Shown here: piece after piece, positions 7,651 through 16,426 of the stretch
Position numbering within the stretch: the stretch's first letter is position 1
Layout: every line of letters begins with the position of its first letter
Assembly: GCA_038882955.1 (NCBI GenBank)
Contig: JAVZNC010000010.1
Span: forward strand, 1 to 17,016
Direction: 5' to 3'
DNA: 17,016 nt
Source: Candidatus Bathyarchaeia archaeon
Lineage (GTDB): Archaea; Thermoproteota; Bathyarchaeia; Bathyarchaeales; Bathycorpusculaceae
Position numbers and translations under genes: made by a program
Notes under the pieces: generated by a model
What the model was told of the DNA's origin: nothing
Seen by the model: the letters and a program-made list of their open reading frames with translations, nothing else
The model's database searches: none

Positions 7651-7723
7651 ACCAGCCTCATCCGCTAAAACTCAAGTGTCCCGCTTTTGCTGAACACCGA
7701 GTTTTCAGCCGAGGCTAGCTGGC
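7651..7723 (-). promoter_or_regulatory. Long stem-loop in the predicted 5' leader of the TRAM-SSB-TRAM operon
   Basis: On the minus strand, CTAGCCTC pairs with GAGGCTGG and GCTGAAAACTCGGTGTTC pairs with GGACACTTGAGTTTTAGC, with an apical GC-AAAA-GC. Several pairs are G-U on this strand only. Confidence 0.7.
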
Positions 7724-7743
7724 ATCACAAACGGCAACCACGC

Positions 7744-7756
7744 ATATAAATCTTGC
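7744..7756 (-). promoter_or_regulatory. Archaeal BRE/TATA promoter for the TRAM-SSB-TRAM operon
   Basis: Minus strand reads CAAGA-TTTATAT, with TATA at 7750-7744. Predicted start is about 7720-7725. Confidence 0.65.
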
Positions 7757-7881
7757 TAGATGCGCCACTGTAACATTCGATGTTTAGTTAGGAAGTTTGT
7801 CGGAAGAGTAAATGGTATATAGCCTCCCGCATTATTTGCTATGATGCTCATGTGAATGCCATAACAAATAGAGGATTAAAC

Positions 7882-8616
7882 GTGACAAAATCAGCGCTTT
7901 CAAAGTCCATAATCGAATTGGTCGACGTTTACAAAGAGTATAGAATTGGAACCATTTCAACAATAGCTTTGAAAGGGGTAAACTTCCAATTGCATAAAGG
8001 GCAGCTCGTCGCCATAATGGGACCTTCCGGTTCCGGTAAAACCACACTTCTGAACATAATTGGGCTTTTAGACAGACCGACAAAAGGAAAAATCTTCTTT
8101 GACGGCTTTGACGTTTCAAGGTTAAGTGATAAAGCTCTTGCGAGCTTAAGGAATAACAAGCTAGGTTTTGTTTTCCAAACCTTCAACCTTGTTAATAGAT
8201 TAACGGTTTTCGAAAACATTGAGTTGCCCCTAATACCGAAGGGAATCCCCCGAAGAATTAGGGCTGAAATGGTTAAAGAAGCATTAACAAAGGCTGGCGG
8301 GAACGATAAGTGGCTTGCCAAAAAGCCAGCTCAGCTTTCTGGAGGGGAACAACAGCGTGTGGCAATTGCAAGGGCTATTGTTGGAAAACCAGTTGTTGTT
8401 TTGGCTGATGAACCAACTGGCAATTTGGACAGAGCCTCAGCTAAGCTTGTAATTGAAACCTTTCTCAATCTTAACAAGGCTGGACACACCGTAGTTGTTG
8501 TCACTCATGATCCAGAAGTGGCAAACTGTATGGAAAAAATATATGTTATAAGAGATGGAGAGATAGTGGGAGAATTTATGCCTAATAAGGCAGAATCCCT
8601 TATTAGCAAGGCGTAA
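7882..8616 (+). CDS. ABC transporter ATP-binding protein, LolD/MacB/SalX family
   Basis: Walker [19 protein letters not shown], signature [14 protein letters not shown], Walker [11 protein letters not shown], and VTHD. GTG 7882 follows GAGGA (alternative start 7852). Confidence 0.95.
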   Translation: MTKSALSKSIIELVDVYKEYRIGTISTIALKGVNFQLHKGQLVAIMGPSGSGKTTLLNIIGLLDRPTKGKIFFDGFDVSRLSDKALASLRNNKLGFVFQTFNLVNRLTVFENIELPLIPKGIPRRIRAEMVKEALTKAGGNDKWLAKKPAQLSGGEQQRVAIARAIVGKPVVVLADEPTGNLDRASAKLVIETFLNLNKAGHTVVVVTHDPEVANCMEKIYVIRDGEIVGEFMPNKAESLISKA

Positions 8617-8640
8617 ATTTCGCTAGGATAGGTGGAAGGT

Positions 8641-11139
8641 ATGAAAAGCCTAAAGAAAGTTTTACCCCTTATACTGGTTATAACTCTCACGTTACAATCC
8701 TCATCTATGCTTGTCCAGCATATAGCCCTCGGCGAGCCGCCAAACGATTTCGTCGTAAGGAACTACTATGTTAGATCTTCAGCGGACACATCAAACATCT
8801 ACGCTGGCAGCAAAAGAGTCTATTTGAAAGTTGAAGTAGCTTACCAAAACAGCACCGCCAATGCCACCATGGTTTTTGGATGGCTTAAGATGCCGGACGA
8901 TGTCAGTTTCAGCTCTGGAAGCGACGCTTCTCCACCAGCAAAATTTAACGGAAGTGTGGTCAAAGAAGTCAGTCTGGGCATGGTTGTGACATTCGAGTAT
9001 TTCCTTGACATTTCAAGTGATTTACCAGCTGATCAATCTTCAACGTTATATTTGACGTTGAACATAACCTATTTAAAGGATTCTACTCCTACCTACGATT
9101 TACATCCAGACGAGATAATAATTAAAGTTCAGCCTTATCCGGAGGTTTCCTTGAGGGTTGTTGACGCTTATTTCTCGCCTGCCTCATATCCAGGTTCCGT
9201 TGACACGAACCTTTATGTGGTGTTGGAGAATAATGGAAACAGCGCTATTAACTCTGCGAACTTTAATGTCACGCTTCCAGAGGGCTTCACGGTCAAGAAC
9301 CCTCGGGCAAGCACCGGACCCGTCAATAGGGGGGACCGTTTCACTATAACATTTACCGGAGTGTCTATACCACTAAACGCTCAATTGGGAACACACAACG
9401 CGACTATTTATGCGGATTACAGTGCCAGAACGGAGGACGGAGTTGCCTACAGCACCACATCGCCCTTCAACATCACGGTTATGGTTGAAAGCCCTCCTTC
9501 CGAAGAACCCATAATGGTGGCGGCTGTAAACACGCTTTATAATGGGGAACCTGCTCCGCTGCTTCAATCCGCCAAAGGCGTCATTTTGCGAATTTACCTT
9601 ATCAATAGACTTCCAGACACCATAAGCACGATGATTGTAAATGCAACGCTTCCAGAAAACATTACGGTTAGAGGAATTTCCGGAACATATATTAATGGGA
9701 TGGGCCCAGGCGGCACATGTTTTGTCGACTTAACAGTAGATGTCGACCCAGAAATGGCTTTAGGAAGGCATACTTGCAGTTTGGGCATATTCTACTTAAG
9801 AATAGTTTCTGGTTCTTCCTTCCTCATGAGCCAAAGCTTGCGGTTCCAGATAAATGTTGAAAGCCGCCACAGCGTCATCGATGACAGCTCGGCTGTAGAA
9901 ATTGTGGATTCAAGGTGGTATGAAGGCTCGGTTGGACCCAACACTTATGGTGCTCACCTAATAGTTCTCGTCAGAAACGTTTACATCGACAGCCTCCACG
10001 GGGCTGTGCTTGAACTTGACTTGCCAGAGGGAATATACAATTCTGCAGACAACTCCAGCCGCATTAAGGCCGCACCATTATCAGTGCAGCTTCAACTACC
10101 CCAGCCACTGCAATCACAAGACCTTGCAGAGATTTTGAACGCCTTTTTAAGCGCACAAATAGCCAGTCCAGCGCAGGTTTACGGCAGAGGTGACATCCTA
10201 ACCTTCATGTTTAGCCTTAACCTGTTTGATGTTGATGCCGGAAACCACGTTCTTGAAGGACGCTTATCATACATCGACGGGTGGGGCGGCAACCGACAAA
10301 TTCCAACAAAAGTGACTGTTGCCATCCTTGGAAAGGCTGGATACATTGAAATAGTCATGGAAGAAAACATTAGTGTGAGAAGCCGATTTACAAGCGCTAC
10401 TTTAACTCTTGTTAATCATGGAAGCTCACCAGTTTACGACGCTTATGTTGTGATTTCGCCTTACCAAGGGACGCCAATACTTATTGCTTCGCCAGCGTTA
10501 AACTATGTGGATAGGATTCTCCCAGAAGAAAGCCTTGAAATCCCCTTGACATTGGCGTATAATCCACTTGGCTTTTACACGCAAACCAGTGGGACCATGA
10601 CTGTAACGTATGGACCGGTTCCATTCATGATTTCGATAATTTATAGGGATGCGTGTGGCTACCAACGCATCTTCAACAATTCAATAATCGTGACGATTGA
10701 ACCTTTCATAGAACTCGCATTAGGAAATGTTAAGGCAACTGGCACTGGCACAACTTCAACAGTGTCGGGCATCATTGTTAATTATGGTTCGGCAATAGCC
10801 TATCGCGTTGAAGTTGAGCTTAAAATTGGCAATGCCTCAGAGTCATCCTTTATAGGCGATATTGAACCGGGCTCAGAGATAGCCTTCAGAGTGGACATAA
10901 ACAAGTACAGCGACTCCGCTGTTTTAACTGTAAGATACTATGACATATTCAACAAGCTGGAAACAAAGGAGACAAACATACCCGTCACACTTCAAGAGGT
11001 TGCACCTCCAACAGTTAAAGGCGAAGAGTTCCCGATTGAAAGATGGATCATTGTGGCGGGCGTCATCATATTTCTGGCTGTCGCAGCCGTCCTGATAAAT
11101 AGGACTGTGAAGAAGTCAAAACTGGAGGGCGGTTCCTAA
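8641..11139 (+). CDS. Membrane-anchored Ig-like repeat surface protein (COG1361/S-layer-domain type)
   Basis: N-terminal signal peptide. Repeated beta modules (MPDDV, LPEGF, LPENI, LPEGI; LENNG, LVNHG, IVNYG). Many N-x-S/T sequons. C-terminal TM helix plus basic tail. Confidence 0.8.
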   Translation: MKSLKKVLPLILVITLTLQSSSMLVQHIALGEPPNDFVVRNYYVRSSADTSNIYAGSKRVYLKVEVAYQNSTANATMVFGWLKMPDDVSFSSGSDASPPAKFNGSVVKEVSLGMVVTFEYFLDISSDLPADQSSTLYLTLNITYLKDSTPTYDLHPDEIIIKVQPYPEVSLRVVDAYFSPASYPGSVDTNLYVVLENNGNSAINSANFNVTLPEGFTVKNPRASTGPVNRGDRFTITFTGVSIPLNAQLGTHNATIYADYSARTEDGVAYSTTSPFNITVMVESPPSEEPIMVAAVNTLYNGEPAPLLQSAKGVILRIYLINRLPDTISTMIVNATLPENITVRGISGTYINGMGPGGTCFVDLTVDVDPEMALGRHTCSLGIFYLRIVSGSSFLMSQSLRFQINVESRHSVIDDSSAVEIVDSRWYEGSVGPNTYGAHLIVLVRNVYIDSLHGAVLELDLPEGIYNSADNSSRIKAAPLSVQLQLPQPLQSQDLAEILNAFLSAQIASPAQVYGRGDILTFMFSLNLFDVDAGNHVLEGRLSYIDGWGGNRQIPTKVTVAILGKAGYIEIVMEENISVRSRFTSATLTLVNHGSSPVYDAYVVISPYQGTPILIASPALNYVDRILPEESLEIPLTLAYNPLGFYTQTSGTMTVTYGPVPFMISIIYRDACGYQRIFNNSIIVTIEPFIELALGNVKATGTGTTSTVSGIIVNYGSAIAYRVEVELKIGNASESSFIGDIEPGSEIAFRVDINKYSDSAVLTVRYYDIFNKLETKETNIPVTLQEVAPPTVKGEEFPIERWIIVAGVIIFLAVAAVLINRTVKKSKLEGGS

Positions 11140-11160
11140 ACAGCAACGGTGAAACGCCAC

Positions 11161-12366
11161 ATGTTTGCGGATTTCGTGAGGCTTTCGCTTAAAGCCCTAA
11201 GCGAAAGAAGGATGAGGGCTGCACTAACAATAGTAGGGATAGCCATAGGCCCTCTAGTCCTCGTAATGATGAGCTCTGTTGTTGGAAGCTATTCAAACTA
11301 TATAGAGGAGAAAATAACGTCTCTTGGGCAAAACGCCATCGCCATTTTTCCAACAGAAAATTATCGACTCGACGAAGAAGACCTAAACTATATCAGGGCT
11401 ATTGAAGCGGTTAAGAGGGCTGAACCCTTCTACAACACGCAAGGCGTAGTAAAAAGGGGAACAGAAGAAGTTAAAGTGTCCATATTCGCGGTTGACTACA
11501 GCCTACTTTTCGAGACTATAGGAAGTCTAAAAATCAATGAGGGCAGCATTCCATCAGAGCGTTTATATGTTATAATAGGGCGAAAAATAGCCTACAAAGA
11601 CAACGAGAAATATTTCCGCCTAGAAGACGGACTAATCGTGAACGTGCCAAAGTTTGAAGGAGGGAAAATAACAGGCAGAAGAACAATAGGAGTGCGGGTC
11701 GGCGCCATCCTTGAAGAATATGGCGGCGCATTAATAGTGGATCCCGACTCCACCATCTTCATGTGTCTAGAGGCTGGCAAAAGCTCTCTTGGGATGGATA
11801 GATGGTCTGGAATTCTTGTTTTAGTAAACAGACCGGCTGACGTCAAGCCTGTTGTCTCAACTTTGAGGCAGTATTATGAGGATAAAGCCCAAATAATCGC
11901 TTTCAGCTCCATTGCTGAGGCGGTCTCCAGCGTTACCGGAGCGATAAACTTCATAAACTTTTCAACTTCGCTTTCAGCTTTCGCCGTCGCCATAGCTGGA
12001 GTGGCAGCCACCATGATAACATCTATTATGGAACGCACAAGAGAGATAGGCGTAATGAAGGCTATAGGCTACACGAACAAGCAGATTCTCCTACTAATCC
12101 TCATGGAGTCAATAGTCATGAGCCTCGTCGGCGGATCAGCCGGAATATCCTTAGGCGTGGTGGGCGCCTACATACTAGCCTCAAGAGGCTTTACAATAGG
12201 CGGAATAGGCGAAAGCGGCATAACCCTACAACTAAGCCCATTAATAACGCCAACCCTCATAACCCAAACACTAGCCCTAACAATGCTTATTGGCTTAGTA
12301 GGCGGAATCCTTCCAGCCTACAGAGCCTCAAAAATCCCGCCAGTAGTAGCCCTAAGATACGAATAA
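11161..12366 (+). CDS. ABC transporter permease, MacB/FtsX family
   Basis: RAALTIVGIAIG, large extracytoplasmic domain, SIMERTREIGVMKAIG, PAYRASKIPPVVALRYE. ATG 11161 follows a GGTGA SD (alternative GTG 11149). Confidence 0.95.
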   Translation: MFADFVRLSLKALSERRMRAALTIVGIAIGPLVLVMMSSVVGSYSNYIEEKITSLGQNAIAIFPTENYRLDEEDLNYIRAIEAVKRAEPFYNTQGVVKRGTEEVKVSIFAVDYSLLFETIGSLKINEGSIPSERLYVIIGRKIAYKDNEKYFRLEDGLIVNVPKFEGGKITGRRTIGVRVGAILEEYGGALIVDPDSTIFMCLEAGKSSLGMDRWSGILVLVNRPADVKPVVSTLRQYYEDKAQIIAFSSIAEAVSSVTGAINFINFSTSLSAFAVAIAGVAATMITSIMERTREIGVMKAIGYTNKQILLLILMESIVMSLVGGSAGISLGVVGAYILASRGFTIGGIGESGITLQLSPLITPTLITQTLALTMLIGLVGGILPAYRASKIPPVVALRYE

Positions 12367-12382
12367 ATTTGGCAAAGATTAC

Positions 12383-13540
12383 TTAGAGCCAAATTGCTCC
12401 ATAAACTAAGAAACGAAATGCCAACATACTGATTAAGCTGCTAAGAAACGAGACAGAAACGCTTTTTGTCCATGAGAATGCAAATAATAAATGAACAGCA
12501 ATGCTGCATAGGGCTACAATCCAAACAAGATATGTTATCCTGTCTAAAACATCATATTTGATGGACAAGATGGACATGAAGTTCTGGGCATCTGCGGTCC
12601 ATCCTTCCCCTGAAACCCCGCCTAATGTTTCTAAAGATAAACGCATTTCAGGGTAAGCAAAAACAACCCCAATGAGAATCAGATTCTCTACGAATAACGT
12701 TATGAGCACAAACCCAGATATGGTAAGCATTGTTTTCCAAACCGGTTGTCCTCTAAAAAGCTTTGAAAACAAATAGAGAATAATGCCGAAAATTACCCAC
12801 TGTATGGTGAACTGCATGAACCCGCTTATTATAGAATTAACTATTATTGCACTTCCATTCATCTCAAGCATGGATTCATAATAGCCATGAAAGAAAACCC
12901 CGTCAACTAAGACCGTTATATTTTTGTTGCTATTCCATGCTAATTCAAATTTTAAGCTTGTTATGTTCCGCCAATCTGCATCATTAACTGTTGTAAAGGC
13001 TGTTAAAGGAATGGTTTTATTATTCCAAGAATTTATTTCCACATCATTTCCTGGCAACAAATAACTGAAGTATTTGTCTGCGGCGTTTTTTGAGAATAGG
13101 TAAATGCTCACATTAACTGGTTTCTCGGAGGGTTCAACTATTTTCATTCTAAATGATAAATTAGTGTAGTTATTTGGTTCTATGCAATTTAACGGTTCTG
13201 GAATCCTTAATTCCACATCAATTCGGCTGCTGTCTTCCAAGGCGAATTGGATGCTTCTGTTTCCATAATAATTTCCTTTAATGTAATCCACATTGTTTAC
13301 AGATTTGTTCGCATTTGAATACCAAAGGCTAGCATCTTCCGTCCACACATCTAAATCCAACAATTCCGGAGCTGATTGGTCGTAATAGACTCTCGTGGAT
13401 AAGACGTAGTAGAATCCTGAAAAAGACAGCACAAATAGCAACATGATTATTAATGGTCCTCTGTATCCAGGTTTCTGTATTATCTCCTTGAAGGCCTTGT
13501 GAGGCGCATATATAACTCTGAAGACTTCACGCATAGACAT
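12383..13540 (-). CDS. Yip1-family membrane protein with inserted extracellular beta-sandwich (carbohydrate-binding-like) domain
   Basis: Yip1-type start (VIYAPHKAFKEI + TM1). About 175-aa Asn-rich insert (LSFRMK, WNNKTIPLTAF, DWRNITSLKF, LVDGVFF). Four C-terminal TM helices. Confidence 0.72.
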   Translation of the reverse strand: MSMREVFRVIYAPHKAFKEIIQKPGYRGPLIIMLLFVLSFSGFYYVLSTRVYYDQSAPELLDLDVWTEDASLWYSNANKSVNNVDYIKGNYYGNRSIQFALEDSSRIDVELRIPEPLNCIEPNNYTNLSFRMKIVEPSEKPVNVSIYLFSKNAADKYFSYLLPGNDVEINSWNNKTIPLTAFTTVNDADWRNITSLKFELAWNSNKNITVLVDGVFFHGYYESMLEMNGSAIIVNSIISGFMQFTIQWVIFGIILYLFSKLFRGQPVWKTMLTISGFVLITLFVENLILIGVVFAYPEMRLSLETLGGVSGEGWTADAQNFMSILSIKYDVLDRITYLVWIVALCSIAVHLLFAFSWTKSVSVSFLSSLISMLAFRFLVYGAIWL

Positions 13541-13574
13541 CTATTTTGGCTCCGTTGTAGTTTGTCCAAGCAAC

Positions 13575-13586
13575 ACTATTAAAGGT
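13575..13586 (-). promoter_or_regulatory. Putative TATA box for the Yip1 gene
   Basis: Minus strand reads CAACCTTTAATAG about 35-45 nt upstream of ATG 13540. Confidence 0.45.
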
Positions 13587-13589
13587 TGC

Positions 13590-15098
13590 TTACATGCCAG
13601 CCTTAAGTCGTCTATATATGGTGTAGTCCACATATTCAAGAAACGGGTTTTCCGCTTGATACTTAACGGTTAATTTTTGACGTTGCCTTTTTTCCGTTAT
13701 CTGGCTTGTTGTTATGAAGGAGTAGGCGTCGCTTCCAGCACCAGAACCGTAGCTTACGATGAGGATGCGTTCGTTTGGCTTTGCAGCGTCAAGAACTGCT
13801 GCTAAGCCTACTGGCGATGAGCCTGAGTAAGTGTTGCCAAACTTTGCCACTTGGATTGAGGGCATGTATTGCTCTTCTTTGAAGCCTAGTTCGCGGGCTA
13901 TCCTTACTGGAAACTGGACGTTGGGTTGATGCGCCACAAAATAGTTTATGTCGCTTGGCTTCAAGCCCAGCCTATCCATAAGCTTCTTCGCAGCTTTTCT
14001 TATATGTTTGAAGTAGGCTGGATCTCCAGTAAACCGCCCACCATGCATTGGGTATGGTTCACCATCTCTCCGCCAGAAGTCGGGCGTATCGGAAGTGCAT
14101 GAGTACCAGCCTTCAAGTTCCGCTATGACATCGGTTTTTCCGAATATGTAGGCGCATCCACCATAGCCAACGAAGAAGTCCAGCTCTCCGCCCGGAGAAT
14201 CTCTTGGAGCTGCCTGCGAGTTGTCCGCCCCAATAACCATGGCATATGAGACGCCCATTTTTGGATAATTGACCAGCGAGGCGGCATCCTTAAACATACT
14301 TGTCGCCGCCTTACACGCGAACTCCGTATCCACAGCGTCAACGCCTTGGACATCCTCATCCTCTTCGCCGAGCTTAAGGACTTGGGCAACCTTTGAGGCT
14401 ATGGGTTTAACAGCGTACGGGTTTGACTCAGAACCGACGTAAACCTTACCAACAAGCGAGTTGTCAACGCCTGAATGAATTAAGGCGAGTTTTCCAGCCT
14501 CAACAGCTGCTGTTATGGCATCCTCATCTATGAAGGGGACTGAACGTTCTATGCCGCCCTCCCTAATTCTAAACCTAGAGGAGTACACGCCGTAACCCAC
14601 TATGCCTGGAGCATCATACTCTTTGTTGGGCTTTATTATGCGATATTCTTGATGCGGATAATATTCGTCGGCAAAGGTAAAAGCCAAAGAAATTGTTGGG
14701 ATAATTTCACTTCTCTCAACAGAATAGCGTCTCCTAAACCTTGGAACGACTTCCCTACCCTCAAAAGCTGAAAAGTCTATAGCTTCGCCATACTTTACTA
14801 TTTTGTCTGTAAGCCTTCCCGGAACCCTTATTTTGCCGTTGTGAAAGGAGACTATACCATAAATGTAGCTGCCAAGCTTTGTAAACTTGTTTGTAGGCTC
14901 ATTAATAAGGGTGCAAAGCTCAAATCTGCCCTTCTCATAGAAGAGGTCTATGTCCTCCATTTTTCCGAAGCTTTTTCTCCCGCAGTTTCCGCAATAGTCT
15001 CTTATTTCAAAGTATTCTTTTCCACAAATTTGGCAGCGTCTGCCCCTAAGCCTGTCTCCAAGATAGGAGACGCGTCTTTCTATGGGTTCACTGCTCAT
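13590..15098 (-). CDS. Fusion: N-terminal DUF35 (Zn-ribbon + OB-fold) and archaeal HMG-CoA synthase
   Basis: Residues 1-150 contain CQIC/CGNC and an OB fold ending PRFRR. The remainder has GIVGYG, VGSES (Glu), EFACKA (Cys), DTPDFWRRDG, HQPN (His), GNTYSG and SYGSGAGSD. Confidence 0.93.
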   Translation of the reverse strand: MSSEPIERRVSYLGDRLRGRRCQICGKEYFEIRDYCGNCGRKSFGKMEDIDLFYEKGRFELCTLINEPTNKFTKLGSYIYGIVSFHNGKIRVPGRLTDKIVKYGEAIDFSAFEGREVVPRFRRRYSVERSEIIPTISLAFTFADEYYPHQEYRIIKPNKEYDAPGIVGYGVYSSRFRIREGGIERSVPFIDEDAITAAVEAGKLALIHSGVDNSLVGKVYVGSESNPYAVKPIASKVAQVLKLGEEDEDVQGVDAVDTEFACKAATSMFKDAASLVNYPKMGVSYAMVIGADNSQAAPRDSPGGELDFFVGYGGCAYIFGKTDVIAELEGWYSCTSDTPDFWRRDGEPYPMHGGRFTGDPAYFKHIRKAAKKLMDRLGLKPSDINYFVAHQPNVQFPVRIARELGFKEEQYMPSIQVAKFGNTYSGSSPVGLAAVLDAAKPNERILIVSYGSGAGSDAYSFITTSQITEKRQRQKLTVKYQAENPFLEYVDYTIYRRLKAGM

Positions 15099-16325
15099 TT
15101 AGAAGCCCCTTCCAAAAATGTTGACATAACTTTTAGTGCCAAAGCCCTCAAGCTCAAGCACACAACCATATTTTAAATCCCCATCAGTTTTTATTTGGCG
15201 TTCGCCAGCCTCGCCCCTAAGTTGTTTGACAACCTCGTAGGTTTGGGCTCCGCCCGTGGCACCCAACGGGTTTCCATCAGCCTTTAAGCCGCCACTCATA
15301 TTCACAAAAAGCTTCTTTCCATTCACCTCATAATAGCCCTTATAATCTTTGCAACTTTCAAAAATAGCTTCCCAAGCTGTTCCCCGCTTGCAAAAGCCTA
15401 AATCCTCAAGGGAAATCATTTCTATAACAGTGGACTGGTCGTAGAGTTCCAACACTTGTATGTCCCATAAATTTATCCCAGCAGTTTTTAGGGCTTTTTC
15501 CATGGCCAGGCGGGTTGCAAGAAAACCAGTCATGTCTTCGCGGGTTGGAAAAGTTAGATAGTCGGTGGCTGATGCGGAGCCAAGCACATAAATTGGTTTG
15601 TCAGTCAGCCTTTTGGCGGCCTCCTCGCTAGCTAAAATCACTGCAGAGGCTCCATCAGATATGGGTGCAAAATCATAGAGCCCTAAGGGACGTCTCGCAT
15701 TCTTTCTGGCTTCCAGCACTTGCTCAACTGTTATTTTTCGCTGGAATTGGGCGTACTCGTTTTTCAAGGCGTTCAGATGATTCTTAACGGATATCTGTGC
15801 TAAGGCGATGCCTAACTTTTCAAGGTTCTCGCCGCTGATTCCGTACCGCTTAATGTAAGCCCTCAGCATAAGCTCGTGGTTGGCTTCAGGTGTGCACCCA
15901 GCATAATAACTCCAAGGGTCTTCGAGAAGCATTAGGTCATCTCTAATTTTGTCCCATCGGTCCGTCATTTTCTCTACCCCGCCGACAAGCACTATGTCAT
16001 ACTTTCCAGCATGAATAGCATTACAAGCATTAGAGAAGGCTGAACTAAACGAGCGCACAACATCCATAGGCACATGCAACTCCGTCAACTCCGATAGGAA
16101 GCCCTCCTCAAGCCCAAGCTTATTTGTTATTGGCAGAAAGTAATCCGATAAATAGCAAGCCTCCAAGTCTTTGCGTTCAAGCCCAGCCTCTTCAGAAGCC
16201 CTAAGCCAAGCCTCTTCAATGAGGCGTTCAGGCTGCCTCTCGTAATGTTCGCCAAACTTTGTCCTTCCAGCCGCAACTATTACTGGACGGTTTCCCATCG
16301 CCGCATGCCCCTCTTTCTGTAGCAA
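15099..16325 (-). CDS. Archaeal/SCP2-type thiolase homologue lacking canonical catalytic residues
   Basis: Thiolase scaffold motifs TKFGEH, VGGVEKM, KNHxNAxxN, PISDGASA and SGGLKAxGxPLGATG. The ACAS loop is absent, HD has become YD and GHP has become GNP. Start is TTG 16325 or ATG 16298. Stop abuts the next ATG (TAAATG). Confidence 0.9.
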   Translation of the reverse strand: MLQKEGHAAMGNRPVIVAAGRTKFGEHYERQPERLIEEAWLRASEEAGLERKDLEACYLSDYFLPITNKLGLEEGFLSELTELHVPMDVVRSFSSAFSNACNAIHAGKYDIVLVGGVEKMTDRWDKIRDDLMLLEDPWSYYAGCTPEANHELMLRAYIKRYGISGENLEKLGIALAQISVKNHLNALKNEYAQFQRKITVEQVLEARKNARRPLGLYDFAPISDGASAVILASEEAAKRLTDKPIYVLGSASATDYLTFPTREDMTGFLATRLAMEKALKTAGINLWDIQVLELYDQSTVIEMISLEDLGFCKRGTAWEAIFESCKDYKGYYEVNGKKLFVNMSGGLKADGNPLGATGGAQTYEVVKQLRGEAGERQIKTDGDLKYGCVLELEGFGTKSYVNIFGRGF

Positions 16326-16426
16326 TTATCCCCTTCAACAAGACTTTTAAGTGTTTGCCAACTCAACGCTCTAACCATAAAACATTAACTAATCGCCTTA
16401 AACATAATTCTAGTTGAGGCTTAAAA

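Noticed and set aside
6440-7718. Multiple short antisense or alternate-frame ORFs over the protease, TRAM and SSB genes (similar ones at 1970-2389, 3752-4867, 7832-8690, 9158-10370, 11592-11846, 14123-15176, 16763-16954)
   Set aside because: Shadow ORFs of well-supported genes, with no motifs.
15099-16325. Calling the thiolase homologue a pseudogene
   Set aside because: No stops or frameshifts, scaffold motifs are intact, and the changes are focused on catalytic positions.
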